This document shows positions 23,512 to 37,600 of a stretch of 64,000 nucleotides of DNA, in pieces. This DNA comes from Zancudomyces culisetae HAW-14-8 (taxonomy: Eukaryota > Fungi > Kickxellomycota). Made by a program: the position numbers and the translations under genes. Position 1 is the first letter of the stretch; each line of letters opens with the position of its first letter. Under the pieces are notes generated by a model. The model ran no database searches. It was given only the letters and a program-made list of their open reading frames with translations, and had not been told where the DNA came from. The stretch is from positions 2,294,001 to 2,358,000 of the forward strand of contig JBNJNM010000011.1 of the NCBI GenBank assembly GCA_052426225.1. Reading direction: 5' to 3'.

Positions 23512-24265
23512 ATGTCATTTACCTGCTTAGTTTCATTAACATGCCTTATTTCATACAAGTTACGTTATTATTTTACCTGTTTACTACCTTTTGTAGTTTA
23601 GATAATTTGTCAAACTTGCCGTTACCTCCCCCTCCCACGCCTACACCCACCCTCTTCCTTCGTTTTTTTTTTAACTGCATATTAACGAATAAATATGCAT
23701 ACAGTACATCAACAGGAATAAAGTAATGTTTTCTACAGAGATCAAGCTAAATAGTTTGCAAACACAAACCTTCTCACTTTAAAGAGATATCCTTTGATTC
23801 TTTGGCGAATCTGTGTTCTAAGCCATTCTAACCAATGAACAGGCTGGATTTAAGGGGGGGAGCTTGGAATTGGCTTTTTACCAAAATACGCAAACTCTGA
23901 GCGCTGAGTGGCTCAGTAGTCCTTGCTCTGTGTTTGGGCTATTTACCACTAAATCAGTGGAGAAAATGAAAAAACAAAAAACGATGCACGAAATGGCTAC
24001 TAATCCAGTTTAGCCTTATTCTATGTTTGGTGTCAAAAGTTTTGACATTTAGGATTGGGAATTAGTTTCATAATTGCCTACACATGAAGACAAGCCTACA
24101 TTTTACAAATTCCAGAGTATAGGGTTGTTCTCCCTTTTATATAAAATGAAATATTTTTTTTGACATCAAAGAGCGGGTATTATCTGGTTCGTATTAGAAT
24201 TATAGACAACTTTGATTCGATTTAGAACAAATAAAAGGCTTGATGTGGATATAGAATCAAAAGAC

Positions 24266-27200
24266 ATGGACGACGAAAGCGATATTGAGTTTGACATTGA
24301 CGACGACGACATTTTAAAGGCGGTCCAAAAAATAGATAGCGGTGGAGGCAGTGCAAATGCTTCCCTCGGAAATTCGAACCAAGTTGAAAAGCTTAGTGAA
24401 GGGTTGGGTAGAAATGGGGATTTTGGTGCTAGTAGACAAAATTATGGAACTGCAAAATCTGAAAACTCTTGGTATCGACAAACTGATGCGCAAACTATAA
24501 ATTCGCACAACGGGGTGTATGATTCCAATGTTCACCCTATCAATGCGCAAAATAGAGAGATAGAAGCTACACAAAGAAATCCAAATGCAACAAATTTCGG
24601 GATTGGATACAGAGGTGAAACTGAAAGAACATTCAAGGAAAATGGAGCGAAGGGAGTAACGTCACTAAACAACCGAATCTTGGGATCAAAAAACAGCCAT
24701 ACTGGTTACAGCAATACTAGTAAGGATGTGACAAGTGGGTTTTTTTCAAAAAGAGTAAAAACAAACGAGACTAAAATAAATTCACCGCAACCTGCTAAAA
24801 CACAGAGCGTGGCCGCATTTTTCAATAGGTTCAACGCAACTAGTAATGTGCAAAATACAAAAGAAAGTGACAAGGGCAAAAATAGCAGAGAAAGCAAAGA
24901 GGCAAATAGAGCAAAAAATGTTGTTGATAGTATAGATATTAGTTCTGAAGGGTATGAAGAGATATGTGAGAGTATAGATTGGGAAGGAATAGAAAATAAC
25001 CTAGAAGGAAAAAAGATACAACAGGCCCCAATGTTCGACAGAACTGATACCAGTAATAATAGTAGTCTTAACACCCCCAGCAACACCGCAGGAAAGACTG
25101 GTGTAAACCTGGGCACTACCAGAAGATTCAGTACAAAAGTATCAATGACAGAGGAAATGGGTGAAATTCCAGAGATCAATGAGCATGGAGAGATAGAGGA
25201 GGGGCATGTGTATGATAGCAAAAATGTACTAAACTATTTATATCCGATTCCCGAGGGAAAAGAAGCAAGAGGATATCAAGTGGCAGCAGTAAAAAACTGT
25301 ATTAAGGAAAATACACTGGTGGGGCTGCCTACTGGTGTGGGAAAAACATTCATAGCTGTAGTGATGATGGGCAACTATAGTCGGTGGTTTCCAAACGGGT
25401 TAATAATATTTATGGCACCAAGCCGGCCATTGGTAACCCAACAAGCGGCTGCATGTGCACCCATGCTGTGGCTACTGATGCAACAGCCGGCAGTTAACAC
25501 CGAAGAGCTACAACAACAAGTAAAGAAGAGTGATATTACTCTTGGTATGGAAAATGTAGAAAGGCAGAGTAAACAAAAAAAGCAGAAGAAACAGATTCCT
25601 GGAGAGGTATTAAGAGTTGAGAGTGGGATATATGAAATGACGGGAGCAATGGGAGCCAAAAAGAGGCAGGAGAAGTGGGCAACTGCAAGAGTGGTATTTG
25701 CGACGCCACAGACAGTACAGAATGACCTGAAGACTGGCGTGCTGGGAACCAAAGATATCGATCGAATAACCATGCTCGTTGTGGATGAAGCACATAGAAC
25801 ACGTGGAGGATATGCGTATGGTATGTGTATGGACGACCTAATTAGGAAGCAAAGCATGAAACAAAGCGTTGGAGGCAAAATGATAGGTGCATTTCGGGTT
25901 ATAGCATTGACTGCAACACCGGGAGTGGATGTGGGTGGGGCACAGGCAGTTATTGACAGGTTACACTTATCGGGCTCGTATATTAGAACTGAACAGAGTC
26001 TGGAGGTGCTGCCGTATTTGCATAGCAAAACGACAAAAGAAGTTAATGTGACACTACCTGGTTGGTACGAAGATATAGTTGGTTTGTTGGAGGTGGTGGC
26101 AAGGCGATCAATGCTCAAACTCAGCCAGGAGCTTGGGGTTATGGCAATGGTAAAAGATGTTAAAAGAACCGTTCCATATTATGTTATGATGCATACCCAA
26201 CGATGGATGGCACATCTCCCCAACTCGCGGAACAAGGCTAGATCCAGCATGGTATGGAACGAATCGATGCTGGCCATCAAGCTACTTCAAGCAATGCAGA
26301 TGTTGCTGACTCAAAGCATTACTTCGGCAACCCGGCTGATAAACGAACTCAGAGCCGAGGTGGAACAAATGAAACAGGCCCAAGACGCTTACATTAGCAA
26401 TAAAAGCAAGATAGACTGTGTAGACTCTGTTGAGTTTCGACGATTGGAGGACTGCTGTGCTTTAATTGTGGGCAGCAGATTAAATCATATTGGAACACCC
26501 GCGAGTTTCCTGACCCTCAAAGAAGAATATGGTATGAACAGCACTCTAAAAGGCCTAATCAATAAATTGCCAAAAGAGGGAAAAGTATATGCACACCCCA
26601 AACTTGAAGCACTGACAAATGTTATCAAAACACATTTGACAGACCATAAAAATAGGGTTGTAGGTGACAATAATCCACAGGGCGAAAACGGTGGAGATAC
26701 TAAGATTATTGTGTTTACCCAGTTCAGGGATTCGGTTGATGAGATTTTGCAGTGTCTCAAGCTGTTTGAACCCGAGATTAGAGCTGTTGGGTTTGTAGGC
26801 CAATCAAAAGGAACCAACTCCACCACGAATGGTACCAATAGCAGCAGTGTCAATGCGTTTGGTGATGGTTTAGATGAGACACAGCAGAGTTTATGTGAAA
26901 TGGATGCTGATCCGTTAATACATGATACATCTACAGGTGCAGGTGCAGGTGCAGGTGCAGTTGGAGCGGGAAGGGGGGGATGGAGGGGTAGAGGAAGAGG
27001 GGGAGGGGGAGGAAGGGGCTGGGGCTGGGGAGTAACCAGAGGTAGAGGTAGAGGTAGAGGAGGCGGCGGAAGGGGAGGCGGTAGTGGTGCAACGGTTTCA
27101 TTAGAAAAGAGAAGAAAATCCAAGGATACCGGCGATGGGAATGCAGAAATGGTAGGTAAAAGGGGACAAACACAACGGGAGCAACAAAAAGTTGTCTCTG

Positions 27201-30200
27201 AGTTTGTATTGGGAATATACAACATTCTGGTGGCAACCTGTGTTGCTGAAGAGGGTCTTGATATTGGAGAGGTAGATTTGGTGATACATTACGACGCGCC
27301 GCGCTCACCAATCCAGCTGCTACAACGCACAGGAAGAACAGGGCGATCACGCAAAGGAGGTTCTGTCTTGTTGCTGACAAATGGCACACTAGAATTTATC
27401 AAATACAAAGAAGCTAGTAAGAAATACTACAGCCTCCAGGAGCAGCTCATGCGTTCTGGCGTTTTGAAATGGCACACTGAGCTATCAGCGGGGCTGAAGC
27501 CGGCATCTATAAGTGCGAGCAAAATGTTTAGTAAGAAATGGCCTCGCCTGGTGACATTGTATATTTCGGAACAGGATATGAAATACGCAGAACGGTTGTT
27601 GTCGTCTTATAGAAACAATAAAGGCAACGATAAAGATTACAAGGATGATGATGATGGAAACAATGATGGATCTGGGGATGACGGTGTGGGGAAAGCTACC
27701 GGTAAAGGAAAGGGTAGAAAAAGGAGCAGAAAAAAACAAAATGACGATATGACGAGTGAAAATGATGATATTGATAATACTACCAAAAGTGGTGATGAAG
27801 ATAGCAAGAAAAAACCAAAATCCAGCACAAAACCAAGGAAAAAACGGAAAAAAGCAAATGAACCTGGAGAAGCCAGCAGTGATGACGAAGGAAAAAGTGG
27901 AGGTAGAGACACAAGCAAAAGTACAAGTAAAAGCAAAACCAGAGTCAAGAAAATTAAAAAACCTCAAGAATTGATTGATTCGGATCCATCTTCACCTCTA
28001 GATTTGAGAACCTCGTTTGGTTTTGGTACTTCTACCAAAAAAAATGGCACTAGGAGAGGGCTTTTGGATTGTCTTTCAGATGATGAGGATCCAGAGTTAA
28101 TTGAGATCAAACAGTTGCTCAAGTCAAACAATACCATGACTTTTGAACCTGATTTCAACGGTGGGAGACAGGGAACCTCGAAAGCCTTAGCGGGAGCGAA
28201 TTTGTCATTTCGGGAGAAACAACCGTTGTTGAATTTATCCTCATCTCCACCAGAAATACCAAAAAATCTTTGGAAAATGCCTACAAGTGGAGATCACAAA
28301 GAGAGTAATGTCAATATAAATGGTGGAGAAGAGGAAGAACCAACAGTAGCAGCAGCAGCAGGAGGAGGAGGAGGAGGAGGGGGAGGAGGGGGAGGGGGAG
28401 AAGAAGTAAAAGTTGAGCCAAGCCTACTTGAGAAGGAGCTGCTGGATGATAAAGAGAAAAGTTTGAGGAGAACTTCGGATAATATTTTTGTAGAAATAAA
28501 ATTAAAAGTACCAAAAAAAGAAACGATAAAAACGGAATCCCTCAAAAGCTGTACTGATTCCATCTCAGGTGTGAGCGAGTCGCCGGCAGGAGTACAATTT
28601 AAAAACACCAGCGCACTTGATCTGAAGCTGACTAGTCTCATGAAGGAAAATAACATTGAGTTAAATTTTGTTCCTTTGAATAGCCAAGGTATAAAACTTG
28701 CAAGTGCTGAGGGTGGTTACGGTTTTGATTCCGGGATACAGAATGATACGGCAAATTTTGTGCAGCGAGTATTTGATAGTAGCAAGTTTGGAGGGTTCTC
28801 ATTTGGTTATGATAAGCTGATCGAGTCTGATCCAGAGGCAAACAGTTCGTTCCCTGGTGGTGTTGACCATTTTGATCGACTTTTGCAAAAGGATAACACC
28901 ATCGATGATAACATTGATACATCTCATAAAAATGATAGAATCAGTATTGATTTAGTTACAGAATCTGATGAAGATAATTCTGGAGGTGAACTCGCTGCAG
29001 CCAAGCTTATTGATAGCGATGATGGCAAGTTTGAAGATTTCGATATTGATCTAATCGAAAAAATCATCAACCACTCACAAAGCGACACACTTCTAGACAA
29101 ATGTGAGGGTGATGAGGTCAAAAATACCGCCATTGATAGTGTTAATGTCGGTGAAGGCAGTGATGCTAATAAGAGTTACCAGGGAACAAGTGGCTCAGGT
29201 GCACTATTCCCAATTGTATCACCCATACGACAAAATCAACAACAAGTCGTCCAGAGCCTCACTGATGTTGTCTTTGAGACGCCCAGATTATCAAAAGCGA
29301 CAGAATTAGCTTCTAGTAGCCCAGTAATTATCAAAAAGGCTAAAAAACCAAAGGCTAAAAAATCAAAGGCTAAACCTAACAAAGACGGGAAAAGAGAAAA
29401 ATTAATGCAGTTTTTCGACTTGGAAGCGGACAGCCTCAGTTCTTCGCCAACCGGTATACACTCTAAACAAAAAAAGACAAAACGCAGGCAAAGAAGGGGC
29501 GGCAATGAAGATGGACATGAGGATGGGAATGATGAAAATGAACATGAGGACGATGAAGATGATGAAGATGATGAAGATGATGAGGATGAGGATGAGGATG
29601 AGGACGATGATGGGAATCTTGTCGGATTCGTAGTTAGCGACAACAGCTCAATTATCTACAACACAAACGCCAACCACAAAAACGCCGAGATGCATGGGTT
29701 ATCGTCATCACAAATTATTACACCCGTTCGAGAGGGACATACCTTGTCGAATATCACCCCTGGCAATACTAATAGCAACGGATTTTCAATGTACAGAAAA
29801 ATAAACAACAGTAAATTCCACAATAATGATACTACGCCCATGTCGCAATTGGAACGGCTGGCACAATACTGGGATGACAAGTACAACAACAAGTCAAAGG
29901 TAAAAAATAAAAGCAACAATCGACAACAAAATGGTAATAATAATGATAACAGTGAGTACAGTAGCCAACAACACTATGCATCGTCAGCATATCTATCTAC
30001 TAATGATAACAATAATAATGCATACGCAAATATGGATAGTGACGAATGTGGTGGTGGTAATGGTGGTGGTAATGGTGATGGTTCTGCAGATGAATTTGAT
30101 TTATTATTGGATTATGAATTTAGCAAAGCTAATAACCAACAAAACCAAGAAAATTACAGATTAAAAACCCCAACTCCGAAAATAAAAAGAAAAAGAAAAC

Positions 30201-30223
30201 TACAAAGACGTGGTGGTGGATGA
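24266..30223 (+). CDS. MPH1: FANCM/Mph1-family DEAH-box DNA helicase with long low-complexity extensions
   Basis: ATG 24266. Motifs RGYQ, LPTGVGKTFIA, APSRPLVTQQ, TPQT, VVDEAHR, LTATPG, HPKL, ATCVAEEGLDIGEVD and QRTGRTGR. C-terminal FFDLEAD..acidic..LVGFVV motif. Confidence 0.93.
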   Translation: MDDESDIEFDIDDDDILKAVQKIDSGGGSANASLGNSNQVEKLSEGLGRNGDFGASRQNYGTAKSENSWYRQTDAQTINSHNGVYDSNVHPINAQNREIEATQRNPNATNFGIGYRGETERTFKENGAKGVTSLNNRILGSKNSHTGYSNTSKDVTSGFFSKRVKTNETKINSPQPAKTQSVAAFFNRFNATSNVQNTKESDKGKNSRESKEANRAKNVVDSIDISSEGYEEICESIDWEGIENNLEGKKIQQAPMFDRTDTSNNSSLNTPSNTAGKTGVNLGTTRRFSTKVSMTEEMGEIPEINEHGEIEEGHVYDSKNVLNYLYPIPEGKEARGYQVAAVKNCIKENTLVGLPTGVGKTFIAVVMMGNYSRWFPNGLIIFMAPSRPLVTQQAAACAPMLWLLMQQPAVNTEELQQQVKKSDITLGMENVERQSKQKKQKKQIPGEVLRVESGIYEMTGAMGAKKRQEKWATARVVFATPQTVQNDLKTGVLGTKDIDRITMLVVDEAHRTRGGYAYGMCMDDLIRKQSMKQSVGGKMIGAFRVIALTATPGVDVGGAQAVIDRLHLSGSYIRTEQSLEVLPYLHSKTTKEVNVTLPGWYEDIVGLLEVVARRSMLKLSQELGVMAMVKDVKRTVPYYVMMHTQRWMAHLPNSRNKARSSMVWNESMLAIKLLQAMQMLLTQSITSATRLINELRAEVEQMKQAQDAYISNKSKIDCVDSVEFRRLEDCCALIVGSRLNHIGTPASFLTLKEEYGMNSTLKGLINKLPKEGKVYAHPKLEALTNVIKTHLTDHKNRVVGDNNPQGENGGDTKIIVFTQFRDSVDEILQCLKLFEPEIRAVGFVGQSKGTNSTTNGTNSSSVNAFGDGLDETQQSLCEMDADPLIHDTSTGAGAGAGAVGAGRGGWRGRGRGGGGGRGWGWGVTRGRGRGRGGGGRGGGSGATVSLEKRRKSKDTGDGNAEMVGKRGQTQREQQKVVSEFVLGIYNILVATCVAEEGLDIGEVDLVIHYDAPRSPIQLLQRTGRTGRSRKGGSVLLLTNGTLEFIKYKEASKKYYSLQEQLMRSGVLKWHTELSAGLKPASISASKMFSKKWPRLVTLYISEQDMKYAERLLSSYRNNKGNDKDYKDDDDGNNDGSGDDGVGKATGKGKGRKRSRKKQNDDMTSENDDIDNTTKSGDEDSKKKPKSSTKPRKKRKKANEPGEASSDDEGKSGGRDTSKSTSKSKTRVKKIKKPQELIDSDPSSPLDLRTSFGFGTSTKKNGTRRGLLDCLSDDEDPELIEIKQLLKSNNTMTFEPDFNGGRQGTSKALAGANLSFREKQPLLNLSSSPPEIPKNLWKMPTSGDHKESNVNINGGEEEEPTVAAAAGGGGGGGGGGGGGEEVKVEPSLLEKELLDDKEKSLRRTSDNIFVEIKLKVPKKETIKTESLKSCTDSISGVSESPAGVQFKNTSALDLKLTSLMKENNIELNFVPLNSQGIKLASAEGGYGFDSGIQNDTANFVQRVFDSSKFGGFSFGYDKLIESDPEANSSFPGGVDHFDRLLQKDNTIDDNIDTSHKNDRISIDLVTESDEDNSGGELAAAKLIDSDDGKFEDFDIDLIEKIINHSQSDTLLDKCEGDEVKNTAIDSVNVGEGSDANKSYQGTSGSGALFPIVSPIRQNQQQVVQSLTDVVFETPRLSKATELASSSPVIIKKAKKPKAKKSKAKPNKDGKREKLMQFFDLEADSLSSSPTGIHSKQKKTKRRQRRGGNEDGHEDGNDENEHEDDEDDEDDEDDEDEDEDEDDDGNLVGFVVSDNSSIIYNTNANHKNAEMHGLSSSQIITPVREGHTLSNITPGNTNSNGFSMYRKINNSKFHNNDTTPMSQLERLAQYWDDKYNNKSKVKNKSNNRQQNGNNNDNSEYSSQQHYASSAYLSTNDNNNNAYANMDSDECGGGNGGGNGDGSADEFDLLLDYEFSKANNQQNQENYRLKTPTPKIKRKRKLQRRGGG

Positions 30224-30315
30224 TGGTGGTGGTGGATGATGATAATAAGTTGGAAAGTTGATAGCAACTGTGTAAAAGTAAAATATATTTGCGAGTTATA
30301 ATATAAACCATTCTA

Positions 30316-32268
<1,953 letters not shown>

Positions 32269-32797
32269 TTAGCTCTTAATAACATTGACATTTACTATAA
32301 AAAACCCCCTAATTTTCTACTAGTAATTAATTTGAGTATCTAACAATATTATAAAAATGACTGAATCAAATTGAAAACTTTTTTTTTATTTAATATTATT
32401 ACTATTTTACTTTAATTTTTGACCAAAACTTTGTCAAATTACATGCAGGAAATATTGTAAAAAAAAAAGGGAATACAAAAAACCTTTTACACATTCAATG
32501 GGTTACGCGTTTCGTGTGACAAAAATAAACTGATACCACGATTAGGTTGACCTTACCCTACTTGTTTTTTAGTATTTTTTTTTGTGTACAAGTAATGATA
32601 TCATTATTTGATATTAAATGAAACAACGTCTTTTTTGAGTCCATGAGTGGGGGGGGGAAGGGGAGGGGAGGAATAGTGCAGATCTAACTGTATATAACGA
32701 AAATGAAAATGAAACTCTATATAAATCCAAAATTTGCAAAGTTGCAAGACAAAAATAATATATGATAACTGTGTTAATAGCTAAAAACAAAGAAAGG

Positions 32798-32820
32798 ATC
32801 AATCAATCAATCAATCAATC
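32798..32820. repeat. (ATCA)n tetranucleotide repeat overlapping the MPDU1 stop codon
   Basis: Read directly: atcaatcaatcaatcaatcaatc. Confidence 0.8.
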
Positions 32821-34046
32821 TGTTTGTACCTCCTAAACAGCCGTGCATAGTTTGGTGGCGAGTAATAAAACAATTGAAATACCAAAACCCCATTAACCAG
32901 AGCAACAAGGAATGCACCAACGACAATATCGGTTGATCGGATAGCAGGATCAAACAACACTGTAACAAACCGCGCAAGTGTTCCGAGGAAATTGGCCAGC
33001 AGCGTAAAGAGCGCCAGCTGACCAGTGGTCTTGAGAACATAGTTGCTGTGGATTTGCAGAGTCTTGGAGGTAATCATAATCGGAATCGCCAGGAATTTAT
33101 ACATGAAACCAAAGAGTACAAGCGCCAAGCCACTACTTTCTTTTGAAGAATCTGTTATAGCTCCCGTATCCATATCCACACTCACATTGCCACCTGTACC
33201 TTGACCTATATTTATATTGGCATTGGCATTGGCATTCATTCCAGCTTCGACACGTGTCCCAGGTTCTACCGTACTACCACCAGATCCTACTACATACCAA
33301 AACAAACACAATACCATGACCGCCATCAACAGCCCAAGTACTGTTCGTGACATACGGCCCCGTCTAAAAACAATGCGGGATTTGACTCGCACCAACCCAA
33401 CCAGCTTGCGTACATACAGAGCAATTGGAGCAAGCACTGGTGATTGTAGGAGTCTGGAAATCCGTCCAAAAACGCCACCAAAAGAAGCACTGGATCCCTT
33501 TACGGAGTATTCGGCACGGCTGCTGGCACCGGCCGGCGCATTCATTTGCTTAAATTTGAGCTTGTTGTTTTTTGTGCTAGAACTCGAAAAGATTGGGAGT
33601 AAAAAATATCCATCATCACTTGCAAAGTTTCCTCTAGCGACTCCGCCTCCAACTCCACTACTACTGTTGCTAAACACCGAGACTGCATGTTTCCCGCTAC
33701 CATAATACCCAATTAGGTACAAAATCACCATGTTCTGGATAAAAATAAACAACGCCTCGCCATACGTCGTAAATGGGTTGTTTTGTAACCGGTTGTACAT
33801 GTACACAATCACATTAGAAACTGCATCCAGAACTACCGCTGTTTGCGAAATACCATAACCCGACTGTGCAGCGACAATCTTGTGGATCTGGGGCACTTTT
33901 ACTATACATCCGCCCAGTACCAGCCCCAAACCAAGTCCCTTGAGCAAGAGATGAACTATACATGGTCGATTGAATATATCCAACTGATCGTATAGTACTA
34001 TGGTACAGTTTTCGCCGATTAGTTGTAATAATAAGGCTCTAATCAT
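32811..34046 (-). CDS. MPDU1: Mannose-P-dolichol utilization defect 1 homolog (PQ-loop membrane protein) with a large internal insertion
   Basis: KGLGLGLVLGGCIVKVPQIHKI, SGYGIS, PFTTYGE..IQN, QIHSNY..TGQLA and GTLARFVT. Confidence 0.88.
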   Translation of the reverse strand: MIRALLLQLIGENCTIVLYDQLDIFNRPCIVHLLLKGLGLGLVLGGCIVKVPQIHKIVAAQSGYGISQTAVVLDAVSNVIVYMYNRLQNNPFTTYGEALFIFIQNMVILYLIGYYGSGKHAVSVFSNSSSGVGGGVARGNFASDDGYFLLPIFSSSSTKNNKLKFKQMNAPAGASSRAEYSVKGSSASFGGVFGRISRLLQSPVLAPIALYVRKLVGLVRVKSRIVFRRGRMSRTVLGLLMAVMVLCLFWYVVGSGGSTVEPGTRVEAGMNANANANINIGQGTGGNVSVDMDTGAITDSSKESSGLALVLFGFMYKFLAIPIMITSKTLQIHSNYVLKTTGQLALFTLLANFLGTLARFVTVLFDPAIRSTDIVVGAFLVALVNGVLVFQLFYYSPPNYARLFRRYKQID

Positions 34047-34265
34047 TTTTTTCGTTTATTTTTTCGTTTATTTTTCCGTTTAGCTTTTCAGTTTAGTTTT
34101 TCGTTGCAGTTTCCCCTCCCTTACCCTTTATTTACTCTTTTTTTTCTGATTAGTAAAAAAGAAAAAAAGAAAAAAAGTAGGGAATAAAGGTGTATATAAA
34201 ATGACGTTAAATATAGAAATCTAGCTGTTTTCGTTTTTTATATCCAGTTATTTTAATATGCTTTA

Positions 34266-34302
<37 letters not shown>
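34266..34302. repeat. (ATT)~12 microsatellite
   Basis: Read directly. Confidence 0.9.
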
Positions 34303-34304
<2 letters not shown>

Positions 34305-34517
34305 GTTGTTTTTATTTATTTTATTTTTTGGTGAGCAGAGTAGAAGCGGAGAAAGTGGTGGATACTCAACTAATTAATTGGATACAAAAGTTAATCTCAA
34401 ACAATCAAATATGTATATATTTTGCCACCATTATCTTTAAAGAGTTGTAAGTAGCATTATCCAAGTATGGCCATTGCTATAATTAACCATAAATATTTTA
34501 TTCATATACAAGAACCA

Positions 34518-34582
34518 AAACTAAACTAAACTAAACTAAACTAAATTAAATTAAAACTAAAGCCAAAGCCAAAGCCAAAGCA
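34518..34582. repeat. Compound (AAACT)n-(AAAGCC)n microsatellite
   Basis: aaactaaactaaact...aaagccaaagccaaagcc read directly. Confidence 0.85.
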
Positions 34583-34693
34583 AAACTCGCCTTCACTCCC
34601 CCCCCCCTCTCCCCTAACTTTAATAAATGATAGTAGATATAAACAAAAAATAATTAAAGTTAGGAGAATGAAAATAAACTACGAAATGCAAAG

Positions 34694-37600
34694 TTAAAAG
34701 AAAATCCGCGAAATCGATTCAAGGACTTCAATCAACATATCAAACGAAACATTCTCAGATTCCTGGATATCATACAATACATTACCATTGATAATAATGT
34801 TTGGCTTTGTATTTTTGGATTTATTCGTATCCTTTAATACCCCATTACTTTCAATATCACCACGAACACCATCACCATCACCATCACTGATACTACTACT
34901 AATGTTCTTTTCATTAACAAGAGTAGAGCCTTGGGATGTATCAAAAGACAACGAGTTATAATAGTCATTGATATGGTTCAGTGGTTGGCTATCACTGGAC
35001 ATTGCAGGAGCTACACTTTCTGTACCACTGGGGCTTTGGGTTGCATTATAGTTAGAGTTGCAGATAAACGAGGATAAATAGTTCGAATTCATCAAATCCA
35101 CACTGGCACTATTATTTACACTTGAAGTAGCACCGCTTATAAAATCATCGCCAGTATTGATACAATGTGACTTTATCAAATCCTCAACATTCTTCAAACT
35201 AGTATTGGCGCCTATTACAGATGGATGGCCTAAAGGTGGCACCGCTGGGTTGCCAATGTGAGTATAGTTGAAATTATGGGTGTAATTGGTAGCAGGAGAG
35301 AATATAAGCGAAGGTTTGAATAGCTGGTATTGAATGTCCCTTGGCAAGTCCAAAAACTTGAGAATCAAGTCACCATCAATAAACGCAAAACTCTTTGACG
35401 ATTTCTGCAAATTCAGAAAAGATCTAAATTTTCTGTGATTCCAGGCATTCGCAAAATACGCAGATGTCGTAGATGCCAACTGGTTAGTATCAAGTGGGTG
35501 TAGATCTTGTTGACCCTGACTACAAACAAATGTCGAATATCCACAAACCGAAGTGGGGCCCAGAAAGGCCATGTTGTTTTGTAACTTGTCTAGAACTCTA
35601 CCGATCTTGGATGACTCGATTGTGGCAGAAACTAAAATAGAACCAGAAATTGTACCCAAGACAAATTCAGGGTTAACAAAGATACTTGTGGTTGTTGATG
35701 ATGGCGAGTGTCGATTTCTAAATGAAGTTAATGAAGCAGGAATAATAGAATTGACCAAATCACCTAAATGGTAACGACCTGTAGTCACCAAGGACGAATT
35801 CTCAAGTCTATAATGTGAATTTGAGGTTGAATTTGAATTTGAATTTGAGGTTGAGTTTGAGGTTGAGTTTGAATGTTTAGAGGGAGTAAAAGTATTCAAA
35901 AATGGAGAAGAGCCATAATACAACGAGTAAAGGTTGAGACCATTTTCGGCAACCATGTAACGAATCCCGTTTGCAAATGGCTTTTTCAACAAGATGGAAG
36001 GAGACGTAGAGGCATAATAATCAAAGTTCTGAACACAGGAGAGCGCAGTAGTCCAATTGGAATAGTATTCACGACACAACTCATCAAACTTGTATACAGT
36101 TGAAACATTAGACTTGTTGTTTTGGTTTTGGTTTTGGTTTTGACTTTGGTTTTGACTTTGAGAATTGGAAAGAAGAGGGTTATAAGTCAATAACGTCTTT
36201 TGTTGAAACACAGATACGCCATTCATCAGATCACCAACCGCCAAAACAGAATCGGCTGGATCTGCAATGTTGATGGGTTTAGAAGTAATAGAATCCAACA
36301 CATCTTCTCCATCACCTCTTTTACCCATCCCATTTAAATTTGCCGATGCTTGCCGTTGTGCTTGAGCACTCGGCAGCACCGCCAAGTTTAGTGCAACGAT
36401 GTTTACAGGTTCATCGCATAGGACCTCAAGCGTCGAAGAATCCGGTTGCCACGCCAAAAGAGTCAGTCGGTTGTTGATGGTTGCAGCAAGCATGGCTTTA
36501 TAAGGCAGTAAGGAATACACAGCGCCCCGGGTAGGCCTGCGACACAGCTCCACAAGATTCTTGGAAGAATACCGGTAGAGATGGATAAACCCAGCACGCG
36601 GATAGTCAGAATCGTTGTTTATGACAGTACCAACTGCAATTAGATGTTCGCCAGTCTCATTGTTACCCAGAAAAGCGCAACAAACTGACTCTGGCAGTTC
36701 GCGCTTGGGATAGTCGAGCTGGGTAATCAAGTTAAAGTGGTTGTCATCGTATATCTTGATACTCCCAACCTCAACCGGTTCATCTGCATCCTCATTGACA
36801 TTTTCATGAACACCTGCAACAAGAGAAACTGTACATACCGCAAGAATTCCCTGGGACGATGCATGACTAATCTTCTGTGGGCTCTCCCACGCCCCTAGCG
36901 GAATCGTGTCAACATGCAGCCGCTGGATTCCCTCTAACTCGCCTATCGTCAGCTCACAGCCGTCATAGAACAACATCCAGTCACTAGTTGCACTCATACA
37001 CACATGCACGCCCGCAACCATTCGACCAGCATTTACCTGTGAAAACAGCGGTCGACCACTTCGCTCATACATTACTGCAGGCCTGTCCCCGGCAACCAAA
37101 ACACCTTGCTTTTTGTTTGCCGCTACAAATCCTATCACTGTCAATGGAAACTCTCCAAACGACTCTACCCGTTCGTCAACTACCTCAACTCCTCCCCCTC
37201 CATTCACCCTTAGTTCGCCATATACAAGCTGGCCGTCCGACATTCCAATCAACAAATACGACGTCTTGCCCAACCGTACCACCTCTACCGAACGTACTGT
37301 CACCGTCTCGCCAACTCCTCGAATACCTGCAAGCCCACTCGTACCCGAAACAACCTGTTTCAGACTCGGCAGCTCGTACACAGCCACTCCTGGACTTGTC
37401 CACAACCCTACTACTACACACGCCAGTCCAACATTAGCCTTACACACTTTGATACTAGATACTTCTGCGCCATCTAGTGTTCGTCGTTGCCGCATCACTA
37501 CTTTTTTATTCTCCACCTCTAGATACACCAATTCTCCTTTCTGTGTGTTTACTACGACCTGGTTTTCCGTCATTTGTCCAACCACTATTTTATCTCTGCC

